Positions 1 to 13,164 of a stretch of 64,000 nucleotides of DNA are shown here, in pieces. The translations under genes were made by a program, and so were the position numbers. Positions within the stretch are counted from its first letter, which is position 1. Every line of letters starts with the position of its first letter. Origin of the DNA: Auanema rhodensis (Eukaryota; Animalia; Nematoda); contig OZ059898.1 in the NCBI GenBank assembly GCA_964057225.1, positions 8,494,001-8,558,000 of the forward strand, written 5' to 3'. The notes beneath the pieces were generated by a model. That model was given only the letters and a program-made list of their open reading frames with translations. It was not told where the DNA came from and did not search any database.

Positions 1-459
1 TATAAACCGTAAAAGCTTTAAACTGGAAAAAACTGTGATTTTGTTTTGTTCTTCTAAGAAATTTTTGAAAAGAAAAAAATACATAAAGGTGTTCCCTTTT
101 AGTCGCCTGAAGGTTAGTCGGAGTTGCTTTTAGTATCAAGATTACAAAGATGGTATTGGATGTCCTCCAGATTTTTACATCCTTCCTTCTCTTTTTTAGA
201 ATGTTCATTTGCGCCGACTGCGATTATAAGTAAACAATGCTATGAGCAACTCATATAAAACAAGAAAAAACGAAAGAAAAATATAATACATAGATTGAGA
301 GAATATAAGAAAAGAAAAAAGAAAGAAAGAGAGAGAAAGAGCTCCATTTCACACTAGCTGAAGCTCTTCGTTATTCATTAGTTTAGCTGATTCCATTAGC
401 CACCCACACCTCCCCCCCCCGGTTTGCTATCCACTGGCCACTCGCAGACAATATCAACC

Positions 460-1935
460 ATGCAAATCCAGTTTGGGTTTTCACAAATTTTTAGTTCGTT
501 TAGTAGAAATATTGTCTCAATTTCCGCAAAACACACTTTCTCACGTTACAATAAATAAATTGAAAAACTTTATTTGAACCCATCTGAAAGAAATAGCCAA
601 CATCTTAGTAAATAAAGGAACAACTGAATAAGTTGAGCAATAATTTGGTTTTAATACAAAGTAGATTTTTTAATTTTTTATAACAAAGTTTCAAAAAAAA
701 GTTTAATTTCAATGATTTCAGTTACGTCTGGTTTCTTGCTTTACCCGCAGTGGTCTTATCTCAATGTACAAACTGTAACTATGGTGAGTTAAACAAATAT
801 TCTTAAAATCTTCAAATATAAAAAAGAAAATTTTAAGTTAAAACTTGAGTTAAACCTCCTATACTAGTATTTAGTTTGATATACATATAAGCACATAGTA
901 AATACGTAATTATATATTTCTTTTATTTTTATACAAAAAAATAATATTATAATATTAATAATAAAATAAAGAAATATAAATATTACGTATTAATAAAAAT
1001 AAAATAAATATATGTATATATCGATATATGTATGTTTATACATGTACACAGTATTATGCACAATAATCTGAATAGATTCACGTTATTCCTTCATATTTAA
1101 GTTTCGTTTTCATCGAAATCTTTTAATTTTTCATTCAAATTCATATCTTATACTTGAATATTCACTAACTCACTTACCTTTTCTGTTATTTCACTTAGTC
1201 ATTTCCTATGTCTTGTTAACATACTAATCAAACCAATACCCAGATTCATTGCCCAGTTATCGACGACGATTGGTACGGCGACAAGCATCAGACTATTCAC
1301 CAAATGAATTTGTATCTGCAAATCTTAATGAAGATGATGATACCAGTGAATTGGAGCCACCTATTTTGCCCAGCTATCAAGAAGGAATTCCTGGCTATCT
1401 TCCAGATTATGAAGGAGATCGCTATACTAACCCGAAACGTGTTGAACAAACAAAATCGTTGAATCGTCTATTCTTTGAAGCTTTACGTGCACTAGAATCT
1501 CGTAATCTCTTGCCATTGTCATCTCTCTTGCCCCTATCTTCGAGTTTTGATGATCCATCATCTCTTTCGGTATCACCGAGCGATGAACTTACCAACTCAC
1601 TACCATCGCCAGAAAAAAAGCAAACTCTGATGGATCGCGAAACACGTCGAGCAGATGGTGAATCAACAGCCGATGACATAAGAACTCTTCTGTCATCTGA
1701 CGACCAGTCGATCGTGATTTCACGAGATGAAGCTGGAGCCAATCCGGAAGATGTCATTGAGCTGAACAACAATTCAAATTTGATTACAGTTGAATTTGCA
1801 CCAAATGCTGACGGAGAATTAGATGAAGAATATATAAATAAAGCAAGTAGAGCAATTTATAATGTTTTGAAAACCAATCCCCTGTTTGATGATAAGAATG
1901 TTGAAATTACATTTGAAAAGGCTGATGATGAATAA
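460..1935 (+). CDS. Secreted protein, isoform A (shared exons 460-470 and 722-783, terminal exon 1244-1935)
   Basis: ATGCAAATCCA|gtttgg...tttcag|T TAC GTC TGG... gives MQIHYVWFLALPAVVLSQCTNCNY (signal peptide-like). The phase-1 donor G|gtgagt joins cccag|AT TCA TTG CCC in frame with ORF 1249-1935. Acidic/Ser-rich, with an RRRLVRR basic site. Confidence 0.75.
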
Positions 1936-2151
1936 AGTTTGTCATCATTATCATCAACTTCAGTCATATAAATTATTTTTTCTTTTATCATTTTTCTTAA
2001 AATCACCAGCCATTTCATTTAATTCTTTCGTGAAACAATCTTCTTGTCAAATTTTTTAATTTATTTTTTCAGTTCAATTGTCTGTACATAGCTGAAAAAC
2101 AATTATTTCATTTTAAATTTATCTTATTTGTAAAATTCATACTGTATTAAC

Positions 2152-2192
<41 letters not shown>

Positions 2193-3035
2193 TATATATA
2201 TATGTATAAATTACTTGTAATATTATAATTAAACCTTCCTTAATTATATAATATATCTATTAAATGACATATTTTAACTCTTTTGTTTTTATTTTAATTA
2301 ATATTCATTATAACTTAATATATACACAACAATAATATACACTATCACATAATAATAAAATCCTCACTAAACTATATTAACCAAAAAAATTTGCCAAAAA
2401 ACTTTATGCTTTCTTACCCAAGCAATCCTACTTCAGGAACCAACCAGTATGCTTCTTCCTCCTCCTCTTCCCAAGCTTATCAATCTCAAGATGGAAATAT
2501 GAACGAACCAGGCTATTTACCCGATTATCAAGGAGACAAGTACACTGATCCTCAACGTATTAAAGATACTCAAGCTCTTAATAAAGCTTTCTTCGATTCC
2601 ATTGGTGGTGCTCCACCAGCTCCACCTCTTACTCCAGCTCAACAGGGCATGGACGGAGGAAATGGAGGAAACGTTGGTCAATCTTACAATCCAACTCCTG
2701 TAAATACAGGATACACCAACACCAACACCAACACCAACAACAACTATAATGCAAACTTTGGATACAGTCAGCCAAATACTGGATATAATACAGCTTCAAA
2801 TACGAACAACGCTTACCCGTATCAAGCTAACCCCCAGCAGCCACAGTACGACTATACATCACAAAATCAGAACCAATTACTGAGCTCCGGTAGCTATCAA
2901 CAACAACAACAACAGCCACAGCTTCAGCAACAACAGTATAATAGTCAATACTGCTGTAACACCTACGGACGCAGACGTCGTTCAGCCCCACTATTCGAAT
3001 TCATGAAGCGTCATCCAACCATCTACAGTTTCTAA
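460..3035 (+). CDS. Secreted Q/N-rich protein, isoform B (shared exons plus terminal exon 2437-3035)
   Basis: The same phase-1 donor joins cttcag|GA ACC AAC CAG in frame with ORF 2391-3035 (GTNQYASS...). Q/N/Y-rich, with CC and RRRRS near the C-terminus. Confidence 0.75.
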
Positions 3036-4623
3036 ATAGATTCTTCTCATACCTTTGCTTTTAAAACAGCGATGATTCCCATATGGTAAACGAAAATACA
3101 AGCAATTTTCATAATTTTATGGTAATGAGCAGCATTTTATAATCGCTTTATTATGTATTATGAATATTGCTTTGAAGCCATTTGTGTACATAACAATCTT
3201 CATATATTTCAGATATACATAAATCCCAACCCCCTTTCTCTTAAAATGTTTGAAAACCTTTCTTTCTTCTTCAGCTGCTTCATCCTGCCTTTTAACCGTT
3301 CAAATCCCTTTTTTTTTGTATTTTAAAATTATCTTTTCTCTTTTTCATCCCCCAATCTCTGCTATATCCCCCCTATCAAACGTGTCTTTAATCATTATCT
3401 TCATCATGTATTCGATTAATCTATAAACAAGCTATTATCATATCGGAAAAACTTCATATTGTCCATTTACAAGAACAGACACAGAAGATAAAACAGCATT
3501 TTTCCAACAAATGAAAAGCCAAAAACTTTAATTTTTTGAAATTACATTCAGATTATTGAACATATTTCTTTTTTTCTCAATTATTTCTTTCTAAAAATAT
3601 TGAAATGAAATCAATGAGTGCTTGAAACTATATTATATACTAGATTATATGAATCAAAATAATTTCGTTTTTCACTCAATTAATTAATAAAAAATAAATA
3701 AAAATTTGAATTTAGGTTCAACATCAACATACACGAATAAACGTGTTTATGATCCATCTAACGGTAATCAAGTAAGCAGCAACTATGTCAGTTCTTATGT
3801 TAGTCCCGTACTGTATGACCCTACAGCTACGAATACAAACTTTAACAACAACAACTACAACAACATGCAAATGATGTCAACAACAACAGCACCCAAGCGT
3901 TTATATGACAACTATAACCCAACAAACACAAATTATAATTATAATAATAATTATAATACAGGTTATAACAACAATGGATATAGTTCGAGCAATACTAACC
4001 AAGTTCCATACCAAAGTACAAATAATTATTTATTCGATTACTGGAACACCAACGGAGCCTCTATGACTAGTAACAATCTGAATCAACTCATTGTTAATCC
4101 CAATCGGGTACTGTACGACGCTATCTCAGCTACAAGTACTCAGAACCCAAACTACTCCGGATCAAATAGTTACAACAACAACTACATGTACAGCAATAGC
4201 AATAACAACAATGGCTACTCCTCCACAGGATATTACTCATCAACAACACCAAGTCCTTACAACACTGTTAGCAGTACCAGCAGTTACAGTAACGTTAATT
4301 CCAATTACAATTCTGGAGCTTCAAACTATAACAATAACCCTCAGTACAACAACAATAATGGTATCTATTCCAACACTGCTTATGGAAGTAGCTCATGCTG
4401 CTCAGCAACGTCAAACAGTTGCTGCTATCAACTTAACAGTAATGGAAATTCAGCAAGCACTGTCTTCTATGACCCTGGAATGAGATCTTCTTCCGCTTCT
4501 GGCAGCACCAACAATTATTACTACGCTCCATACAGAACATCGTCCACCTCGAGCCTATCTCAACCAAACAGCAATGTACCTATCACTTATAGCTACTCTT
4601 CCACTTATGGAAAGAAGAAATAA
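460..4623 (+). CDS. Secreted N/Y/S-rich protein, isoform C (shared exons plus terminal exon 3716-4623)
   Basis: The same donor joins tttag|GT TCA ACA TCA in frame with ORF 3706-4623 (GSTSTYTNKR...). Repeated YD motifs, two CC pairs, ends YGKKK. Confidence 0.75.
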
Positions 4624-5190
4624 GCTATTTCGCAGGAAATATCATTGAATGCTTTATCAGTTGTATAGTTAATCATGCAAATCGTATCAGAATCTCAAAA
4701 GAACCTATGTCATTGCCGAGATTTTTTATTTTCTTGTATAGTTTTTTTCATATGAAATGAATATTTACATTCCTATTTTTTTCATAATTTAGATGAGAAT
4801 CAATTGAAAATCCCGAAACATATGCAAGAGCATTCAATTAAACGAATCCTGCCATAGAAAAACAACCAAAACTGACGTCTTAATTGAAAACGAGATTAGA
4901 AAGAACGAGTACTCTTTCAAATACTGATTAATGCTTGGATTACGATAAATATCATCACAAACCATTTTCAAATGTTTTCAAGATAATACATCAAAGCTTA
5001 ATATCAAATTTCTTAGTACAAAATTTGATATTGGTTTTCGATATAAAATTGATTTGTATCAAATAAAAAAAGTTGTTCTTTAATCTTATATTTCTCACTA
5101 TACATCCTCAACAAATTAAAAGCTATACACATTTAAAGAATAATAAACAAAGAAAAAACAATAAACAAGAAAAACCTAAGAAGTTATTTC

Positions 5191-5780
5191 TCAGTCCCAT
5201 CTATTTCGATTAATTAATGATGCTAAACTATCTTCAACAGTAGAATTTTTGTGCAATAGGCTACCAACGTTGGCTTGTCTCCGAACAGCATTTTTAGATC
5301 CAACTACTCTTTTCTCCTGAAGAAAGTACATGAAATATTTCAAGAACTAAAAGGAGAAAAATGATACTTTTCCAGGCATTCTTCTAGCTTCTTTTTCCTT
5401 TGCGTCGTTTATTCTAAGATCTTCTAATCCAGCTACATTCATCTGATCGAAATAATCTTGTTCAACATTCTAAAATTAATACAACTTAAATAGGTGAAAG
5501 GTTACTGGCAAAAATACCTCAGTAATGTATGGCTTAGTTAACAGTTTCATAACCTCATATTCTCTGTGTAACCTCTGTCTCATGGTAATAACTTTATCCG
5601 GATAAATGGGATAATCAGGTCTTCCTGTTCTATAAAAATTGTTCTTTAATTTTGTAAATTACTGAATAAAACATACACTTTCTGTTGAGGAAGCAAAGGA
5701 CCTCGGTAACCAATTTCAAAAACTTTTCGGTTCCAATGACGTCTGTTCAGATTGCCTCTTAACGCTCTACTTAAAAACAT
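5191..5780 (-). CDS. MRPL57: Mitochondrial ribosomal protein mL63 (MRP63/MRPL57)-like, 4 exons
   Basis: Spliced translation MFLSRALRG...RLHREYEVMKLLTKPYITE|VEQ...STVEDSLASLINRNRWD* matches the remembered MRP63 pattern (MFLT start, RL..E.E....L..PY.T..QE, C-terminal W). Confidence 0.7.
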
Positions 5781-6636
5781 CTTGAGCCAACTATTCTAAC
5801 AAAACTAAAAAATAAAGCATTAAGTAAAAATCTTTTAGAAGTGAACTTAAAACAAAAACGAAACTGTAATATTAACATTAGAAATACAATATTATACAGA
5901 AGTTTATAATCACTAATTAATTTTGCAATACTGTTTATGCACTGATTTCATTAAATTTGTTAAACGGTTAATCTATGCACAAAAGGAAAAAAAGTTATTC
6001 TAAAATACTATTAAAATATAAAATATATATAAGTATAGTCTACGCCAATAATTGATTGACGCAAATTCGGTGTAACCTCGGCTGTTCTAATTATTTGAAG
6101 AATTTTCAGACACCAAAGCTTTCGGATTATCTTAAACCACGAAATATCAGCATAGCTTACCTTTTTATTAAGTTATACTGACATTTCTGATGATGAACAA
6201 AGGACTCCTTTGAGGTTTGCAAAGTTAAAAATTTGGTAAATCATCTGATTTTCGTTATCTATTCTACTAGGTGTATCGTGTCCGAATATAGAAAACTATT
6301 CAATTTCTCAAAATTAAAAAATTGTAAAAAGATGAAAAGTGATATAATATATTTTTACTCTTTTATACAATAACGGCAAAATAATGAACAAATCCACCAA
6401 TATCCCCATAGATATGATCCTCACAGTCTTTCCTACATATCACAACTTTGACTGGTAAAGTTGGGTACAAATGAATAAATTAATGTGGAAATTTTATAAA
6501 TACATTGGAAACGACTTGAAAAGGATGACTAAATAAATAAATTAAAACAAAATGCAATTGGAAAAAATATAAATGACATAGAAATCACTTAGCACAACCA
6601 ATGGAATATTTGTATTCAAATATGAATGAAAGTATT

Positions 6637-8999
6637 TTACTGACTACGCCCATAAGGACCTGCAGATCCTATTCGAGGAGCGATAGATTTAAGCTCAAGT
6701 ATGAGAAGACGAAGACCTTGTCCCCAAGAAACAATTTCCTAAAGAAGCATTTCAAAAAAGCAGCATTACAATTGCATACCTGAGGAAACTGTTGCTGTAA
6801 CTGGTCGAAATACGTAGCAGAATCATCGTAAAGTTGGCGATCAATAGCTGAAAAATGATATATTATTGCTTTAATGTTAATATAAATTATTTATACCATC
6901 TACTACAAAGTTTAATTTCTTCAAGCATCCTTCAGAAATTCTATTCTGTTGAATCATATCTTGTAAAACTCGGAGACGTAATTGAACTCCTTCACATTTT
7001 ACCTTAAATGAAAGCATATTAATAGAAAAATTGAAACAGCAAGACAGTATATTCACAGTTTAGTATGAGATATTCAATTCGCAGTTAGTCATTACTTTTT
7101 TAGAATATTTGTTCTTCAAATAGAATTTGCAATGTAATTTACCTCAGGAAGTCTCATACTAGCTTTTGTTAAAAACATAATTAATTGTGGTCCACTTAAA
7201 GAAACGTCTCCTGCAGCTTTCACTGGCATACTGAAATTAGTCAATAGATATGTTTTATAAAGGAATATATCCCTAGGCGGTCACCTTCTTACCCTAATGT
7301 CCAATTTAGGTCTTTCAGTATTTGGCTGCATGTTTAACATTTTTTGTCTAATTTTCCCAAGCTTTAGTCAAGTCAAGTCAATCAAGATGTTAAATATTAA
7401 TTTAACAAACACTGTGTATACAGACAATGTCTATGTAATGTTATCACATATTCGTTGAAACGAGCATCATGACTTTGGTAATTTCATATGCCAATGGAGC
7501 ATAAATTGTTGTAACTCTGTCTTTACTTTATCGGGAATAAATGAAACAAAATTCAACATTGTACAGATTTTAATTATGCTACTTAGCAATGTTTGAAAGT
7601 TTTATTTAATCCGAATTTAACATGGGGAGGGGACTAGGACTCTTGAACACACGACACATGATCCCTACCGAAAGTTATCAAATTGTTGAGCAAAGCTTCG
7701 ATTGCCATCATCCACTGTATTTGGAGGCGAAAAAACCAAATTACCAGTTGTGGGCTGAATTGAAATTTTAAGATATAAATCGTTAGAGATAGATAAATTA
7801 CCTGTTGAGAAGGATAGGTTTGATGAGAATTGATTGGTTGGGATGTAACTGGGGCAGGCATTGATTGAGGAGCACCTTAAGAAACAATTAACACTCTTGA
7901 GTTGAGTAAAATAACACCAAATTTGGAAGACGCGAGTGAATTAATGTATTTACCGTGAGGTACGTTATAAACTTGAGGCTGTTGATGAGGCTGTTGATGG
8001 GCTTGTTGATGGGCTTGCTGGTATTGCTGTTGGTTTTGGAAAGTTGCGTATGAAGGATTACTAGGTTGCTGGCTTGGTTGTGTCATCTGCAGTATATACA
8101 CCTATTAGTTTGCTCACTAATATAACATTAACAATAATGAATTAATCTAATATAGCAGTTGTTAATTGTAAAGAATAATAAGGATTAACTAAATTCATCA
8201 TAATAGGAGAAATAAGCTTATATAAATGTAGATGAAGCTTACATAATGAAATATATATTGCGAAACAAAGTATAATAAAAAGTATAAAATAAATATAATC
8301 AGAAATGGAGAAATAATGCTAACAACTTAGTAAAGTAAATAATGATATTAAAACGAACCGTGTTTGATGGAGCAGAAGGATTATTAACTACATGTTGAGG
8401 AGCGCTTCCATATTGCGATGGTGGAGGCACAGAGCTAGGTTGATACTGAAAAGAACATAAATAGATCGACTAGACAAGATATGAATATAAAGATAATGTA
8501 TTTTAAATGCAGAAATCTATATCACATGCCAAATAATCTCAGGAAAGAATGTGTGATACGTACGTGATTAGAGTAATTCTGGGGAGCATTTCCCGGGGGG
8601 GCAGCTTGATTAAAATGCATTGAATGCTGAGGTTGCGCTTGTGGGTAACCTGCGCCAGCAGCAGCATAAGGATCACTATGGCCAGCATAAGGAGCTGCAT
8701 GAGGCACGGCACCATAAGCATTATTGGTTCCCTGCAAATAACGAATTTAGTAAGTAAAAAATTAGGACTGTTGGAAAATAAAGAATTACTTACCTGACAT
8801 GATGGATCAACCGGACGTCGTCGTAGTTGCGCTAAACGATTATTAGGTTGGGCAGTCGTATTAGTTGGCATCGGTGGTGGATCATTCCATCCTAAACAAA
8901 ATGGTTGCATAAAATACACGTACATATTAGAACAATACCTGCAGGTAAGCTTGAAGGTAGAGTGGATTGAAATGACTCGTACTTATATTCAAGATCCAT
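6637..8999 (-). CDS. SRA1: SRA1 (steroid receptor RNA activator protein)/Sec31 C-terminal-like protein with long P/Q/Y-rich linker
   Basis: N-terminal GWNDPP motif. C-terminal helical domain ...VQLRLRVLQDMIQQNRISEGCLKKLNFVVDAIDRQLYDDSATYFDQLQQQFPQEIVSWGQGLRLLILEL. Canonical GT-AG introns; ATG preceded by tttag. Confidence 0.7.
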
Positions 9000-10127
9000 T
9001 ATACCCTAAATAACAAAAATAATATAATAAACATATGGTTATAACGCTTCTAATATTTTTAGCATATAATAGCTAATAAAAAAGATAAGATATTAGTCAG
9101 CATGAAATATCACAAACAAGAGAAGCCAAAATACAATTCTACGCAGGATATCGTGTTTGAGAGCAGTTTGCGTATCTTTAATAATACAGTAGGATAAATA
9201 TCAATAAAATATTTTAGATATCTCGTTTATTAAATTGAAATCCTGTTTTTTACCATTATTTCAAAAGAATAAAAGTTATTAATGAAATAATTATATTTTT
9301 TTGCTTAAGTAATCAGCGTATAGTTATAATTATTTAGTTTTGTTACTATTTCTTATTAAAATGAAGTGATGTATACAATTTCTCTGTGATTCTTCGACAC
9401 TTTCTTAAGATTATGAAAAATATTGAGAAATATGCTAGGTTTATCAGATAAAAATTTGAAAACCTTTTATTGAGACAAAAATAATTTTTAAGTGTTTATC
9501 ATTGTTCTATTAGTGATTGTTATTAATACAAATATTAAGTTTACAAGCTTGGAAGTGCTATATCTTTCAAATTGACCTTTCCAAACGTATTAAAGGTTGA
9601 ATAATTTGACTTCTTCTTGTACATGAAAAACATTCATGCAAAATTTGTAAATATAAAGATTGTCGGCGCATTGTACAAACGTTACTATCATATTTTAAAT
9701 ATATTATTATAATTGAACTAATTACGTTGGAATATAATTATTATTGTAATTTTTTTTTCTGGAAATAACTATAAGTAACTTTTTAAAAATATTATATTTT
9801 AAAAAACAATCATTTTATTATAATTTTCTTTACAGATGAATGAATTATTCATTCTTACTATATTAAAAATTTCTTTTCGCTCAAAGAAATGCTTCTATTA
9901 TACAATCAACCGTTCACTTCTACTATTTTATCAGAAATGAAGAAGTTATATGAAATCAAAAAGAAAAGAAAGAAAAATGTAATCAGAATCTGATATTAGT
10001 ATCTTGTCTGCTACCTTCTATCTTCTAACAATATTAAATATTCTATTGATACGATTTTATTGTGAAAATTAATATTTTAAAAAGAAATAAGAGAATATAA
10101 TATTCATTTATGAGAACAATATTAAAA

Positions 10128-11029
10128 TTATGATAAATTATCTATACCATTTTTAATATTCCGTAATTTTATAATGATATTATTTGATATCGACAGATTT
10201 TTTCGCCTATTTCTATCGATCGTTTTTGCCGATATTTTCAAATCAACTACACTTGGAAACAGTGGAGCTGATGCAACATGAAGGATTTCCGACCAGCAGC
10301 TCAATGCGTTCACCAATTCCATGAATCTACGACTCTAAATTAGATTATGTACTAGAAATCAAAACGAATGGAATGTCCTTTTTGTGAAATATTGTAGCTA
10401 CATTTACAGCTGATAAGCTAATAACAAAGATCAAGCTTAAACTGAAAGGGAACTTAATATGAAAACTCTGAGAAATCACATACATCATCTCGATCCTCTT
10501 CCGTTAAAGTTGTATAAATGCTGTCCATTATGGTTTTTATTTCAAGCATTTTTCCATCTAATGCTGATTCCATCATATTAACTTTTTGATCATCAGAAAG
10601 AGCATCCAAAATTCGTAATAGAGAAAGAGGTGGCATATACTTGCCAACAAGATACAAATGTCCAGCATCCTTTAAAATTATAAAATCAAAGTTTTAAGTT
10701 CACTTTTCAATATTTCATGTCAATTATAAGATAAATTATAACCTCGTTATCCATTTCAGATAGTCTTGTAAATAAAATATCAGATATTGAATTGAAATCC
10801 CATAGCTTTAGCGCTCGTCGTGCTTCTGCTACATCTGATGTAGTCGGTCGCAAGAGGAATATAACAGTTGATATAGGAGATGAGATGATACAGTTATCTA
10901 AAAGCTAAAATAATTATTAATTTTCATTATGATAGAAAATATCTGACTTGGTGTTGTTACAGGAAAAGATGCTGATGAAGAATTAAGGAAAGCAATGCAT
11001 ATAATAACTACTAGAGTGACAAACGACAT
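10128..11029 (-). CDS. Unknown secreted, probably alpha-helical protein (4 exons)
   Basis: Signal peptide MSFVTLVVIICIAFLNSSSA. Exons join in frame through ORFs 10454-10657 and 10128-10322. No family recognised. Confidence 0.6.
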
Positions 11030-11665
11030 TAGGCCGCACAGCAGCCTGAACATTCAACCTGTTCAGAAGTCATGAAAACTATAATTTACATAATCGTTTG
11101 GTGAAAAATTGTGTCATGTACTTATTGAAAAATAGTTGATATAATTCCTGAAAGGAAAATATGGAGAGGAAAAGCGCAAACGATAGAGTTATAGTTAGGC
11201 ACAGAGGCAAAGAACGAGAGAGAAACAGATAGAAAGAAACAGATAGAGAGAAACAGGGAAGGGAAGGAGCGGAGGTAAAATGAATATACTATGGCTCGTA
11301 CAATGAAAAAAAACATAGATCAGCGAGAATTCAGCATTATCGAAAAAAAAAAGAAATAAAAATGAGATTCCAACATAAAATACAAATAAAAATGAACTTG
11401 ATATGAAAATGCTATATATCTCCCTGAGATCAACTAAAGAAAAATAGATTAAATATTTTAGTAATTTCATTAATTATAATATTATAAAATACAAAGTGAA
11501 AGCTGGAATGAAAGAAAAAAAATAATAAAAATTTTCGATTAATTGAATGATAAAGTATACGAAAATTGTTTAAAAAATACATGAATCTAATTATGGAAAA
11601 TATTAAAAAGTACATAATTATATATAAAAATATATAAAATTCATGTAATATAAGAACAAAATGTA

Positions 11666-12707
11666 TCAAACTGAGGTAAAAATAAATTTTCTATTAAGTA
11701 TAACACGATTAAGATGAGTAAGAATAGGCAAAGATTTACGAAAATGTAACTTCGATGCATAATCTCCCAAATAATCGTAAAATTCTTCTTCGCTACAATA
11801 ATAAAGAGTTTGAGCTAATTGAACATCTTCTAACTATAAATATATAAAAATATATATATAAATAAAAAATAAAATAACATACTTTCTTTTCATCTTTTTT
11901 CCATTTCAGTACTTGCTTCTGCTTCGCCAATGTCAACGTATCAAAACTCATAGCTAATAAATCAAATTTATTTAATAAATAAATTTGTAAATGTCTTATA
12001 ATCTAAAAAAATAAAATAAAAATATAATTTACTCCCGGTGCTCTGAATCCACCAGGTCAGAACTAATAAATACTATTCACCTCATTCACGACTTCAACCT
12101 CAACTTTTCCTCGTACATATGCTTTTGGCACATTCTGAATATCTGTTGCTGTCAGCCGTACAAGAGATGGTACAGCTACTGTATCAGATATGTTACGACG
12201 ACGTATTTTGGTAGTTACAGGTCGTAAACGAGTGTCCATTCGTTTATCAGCTAGTGGAGTTGTTGCACGGGTGGCACTTGGAACTATCTGATCCTGACTT
12301 AGTCGGCCTTCATCCGTTTGATAAGGCGAATTGTTAATTGAGATCAGAAAATAGTTAAGAAATGAAAAAAAAACATTCAAAAAATAAAGATATTTACTTG
12401 AGCCGAACTTTGAATCAGCTTTACCAAGCTATCCATGTGTAATTTTTCTTGTTCTTCTAATTCACTTCGTATTTGATTTTGATGCTCAGCAGCTTTAATC
12501 AAGCTTGCAATATTATTCATCCGCTCATCCAAAGGTTCAAATACTTAAAATTTCAAATAATTATCTTTGAAATTATGAAGAGATATCACCGTCACGAATA
12601 AAGCCAGGATCCATCATATGTGGTCCATGAACAACAACTCTTTTAAAATTATCAAAATATAATGTTAAGGATCCATAAATTGATCGAAGACCATCACAAG
12701 GGTCCAT
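11666..12707 (-). CDS. Unknown protein, tentative multi-exon gene
   Basis: ATG after tttaaag. MDPCDGLRSIYG...FIRD|VFEPLDERMNNIASLIKAAEHQ...SSAQ, then ORF 12063-12380, then ...KQKQVLKWKKDEKK|LEDVQLAQTLYYCSEEEFYDYLG. Phases are consistent, but the exon-3 acceptor and the 3' end are uncertain. Confidence 0.45.
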
Positions 12708-13164
12708 TTTATTACTTTAAAATAAAAATTAAATATAAAAGAGAACAGTATAAATATTATTTGTATGATATTCATGAGAAATTATAACATTTTCCTTATT
12801 TACTATAAAAAAGAAAGAAAAAAATAACTGAGACAATGGATGAAGAACAACGTACATGATAATACATTGAAATAGTAGTAATTGAAGCAAATTCATGAGA
12901 TTAATGACATAAATTTTGAAAAGACATTTAGATATGTTCATTGGCAATAATAATAAAATCTAAATTTAACAACTAAAAACTTAAAAATTAAATTAATTCG
13001 AAGAAAAGTTAATATGGAAGTTTGATTATCATCAGTAATATAAGAGAAAAAAAGTTTCTCATCTTTTAATAATGAAAAATGCGATAAACTAATCAATTTA
13101 AGGTTCTAGAGATAGAAAAACGACTGTTTAATCGATATTAATACATAGTTATCTATAATCATCC

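Noticed and set aside
1422-1772. Antisense or alternate-frame ORFs (1422-1772, 4091-4483, 47397-47759, 55330-55608, 62924-63154)
   Set aside because: Shadows of real exons.
7281-7347. Possible extra or terminal exon in the SRA1-like gene (QKMLNMQPNTERPKLDIR)
   Set aside because: The acceptor is weak and its donor phase is incompatible with the next exon; the flanking exons join correctly without it.
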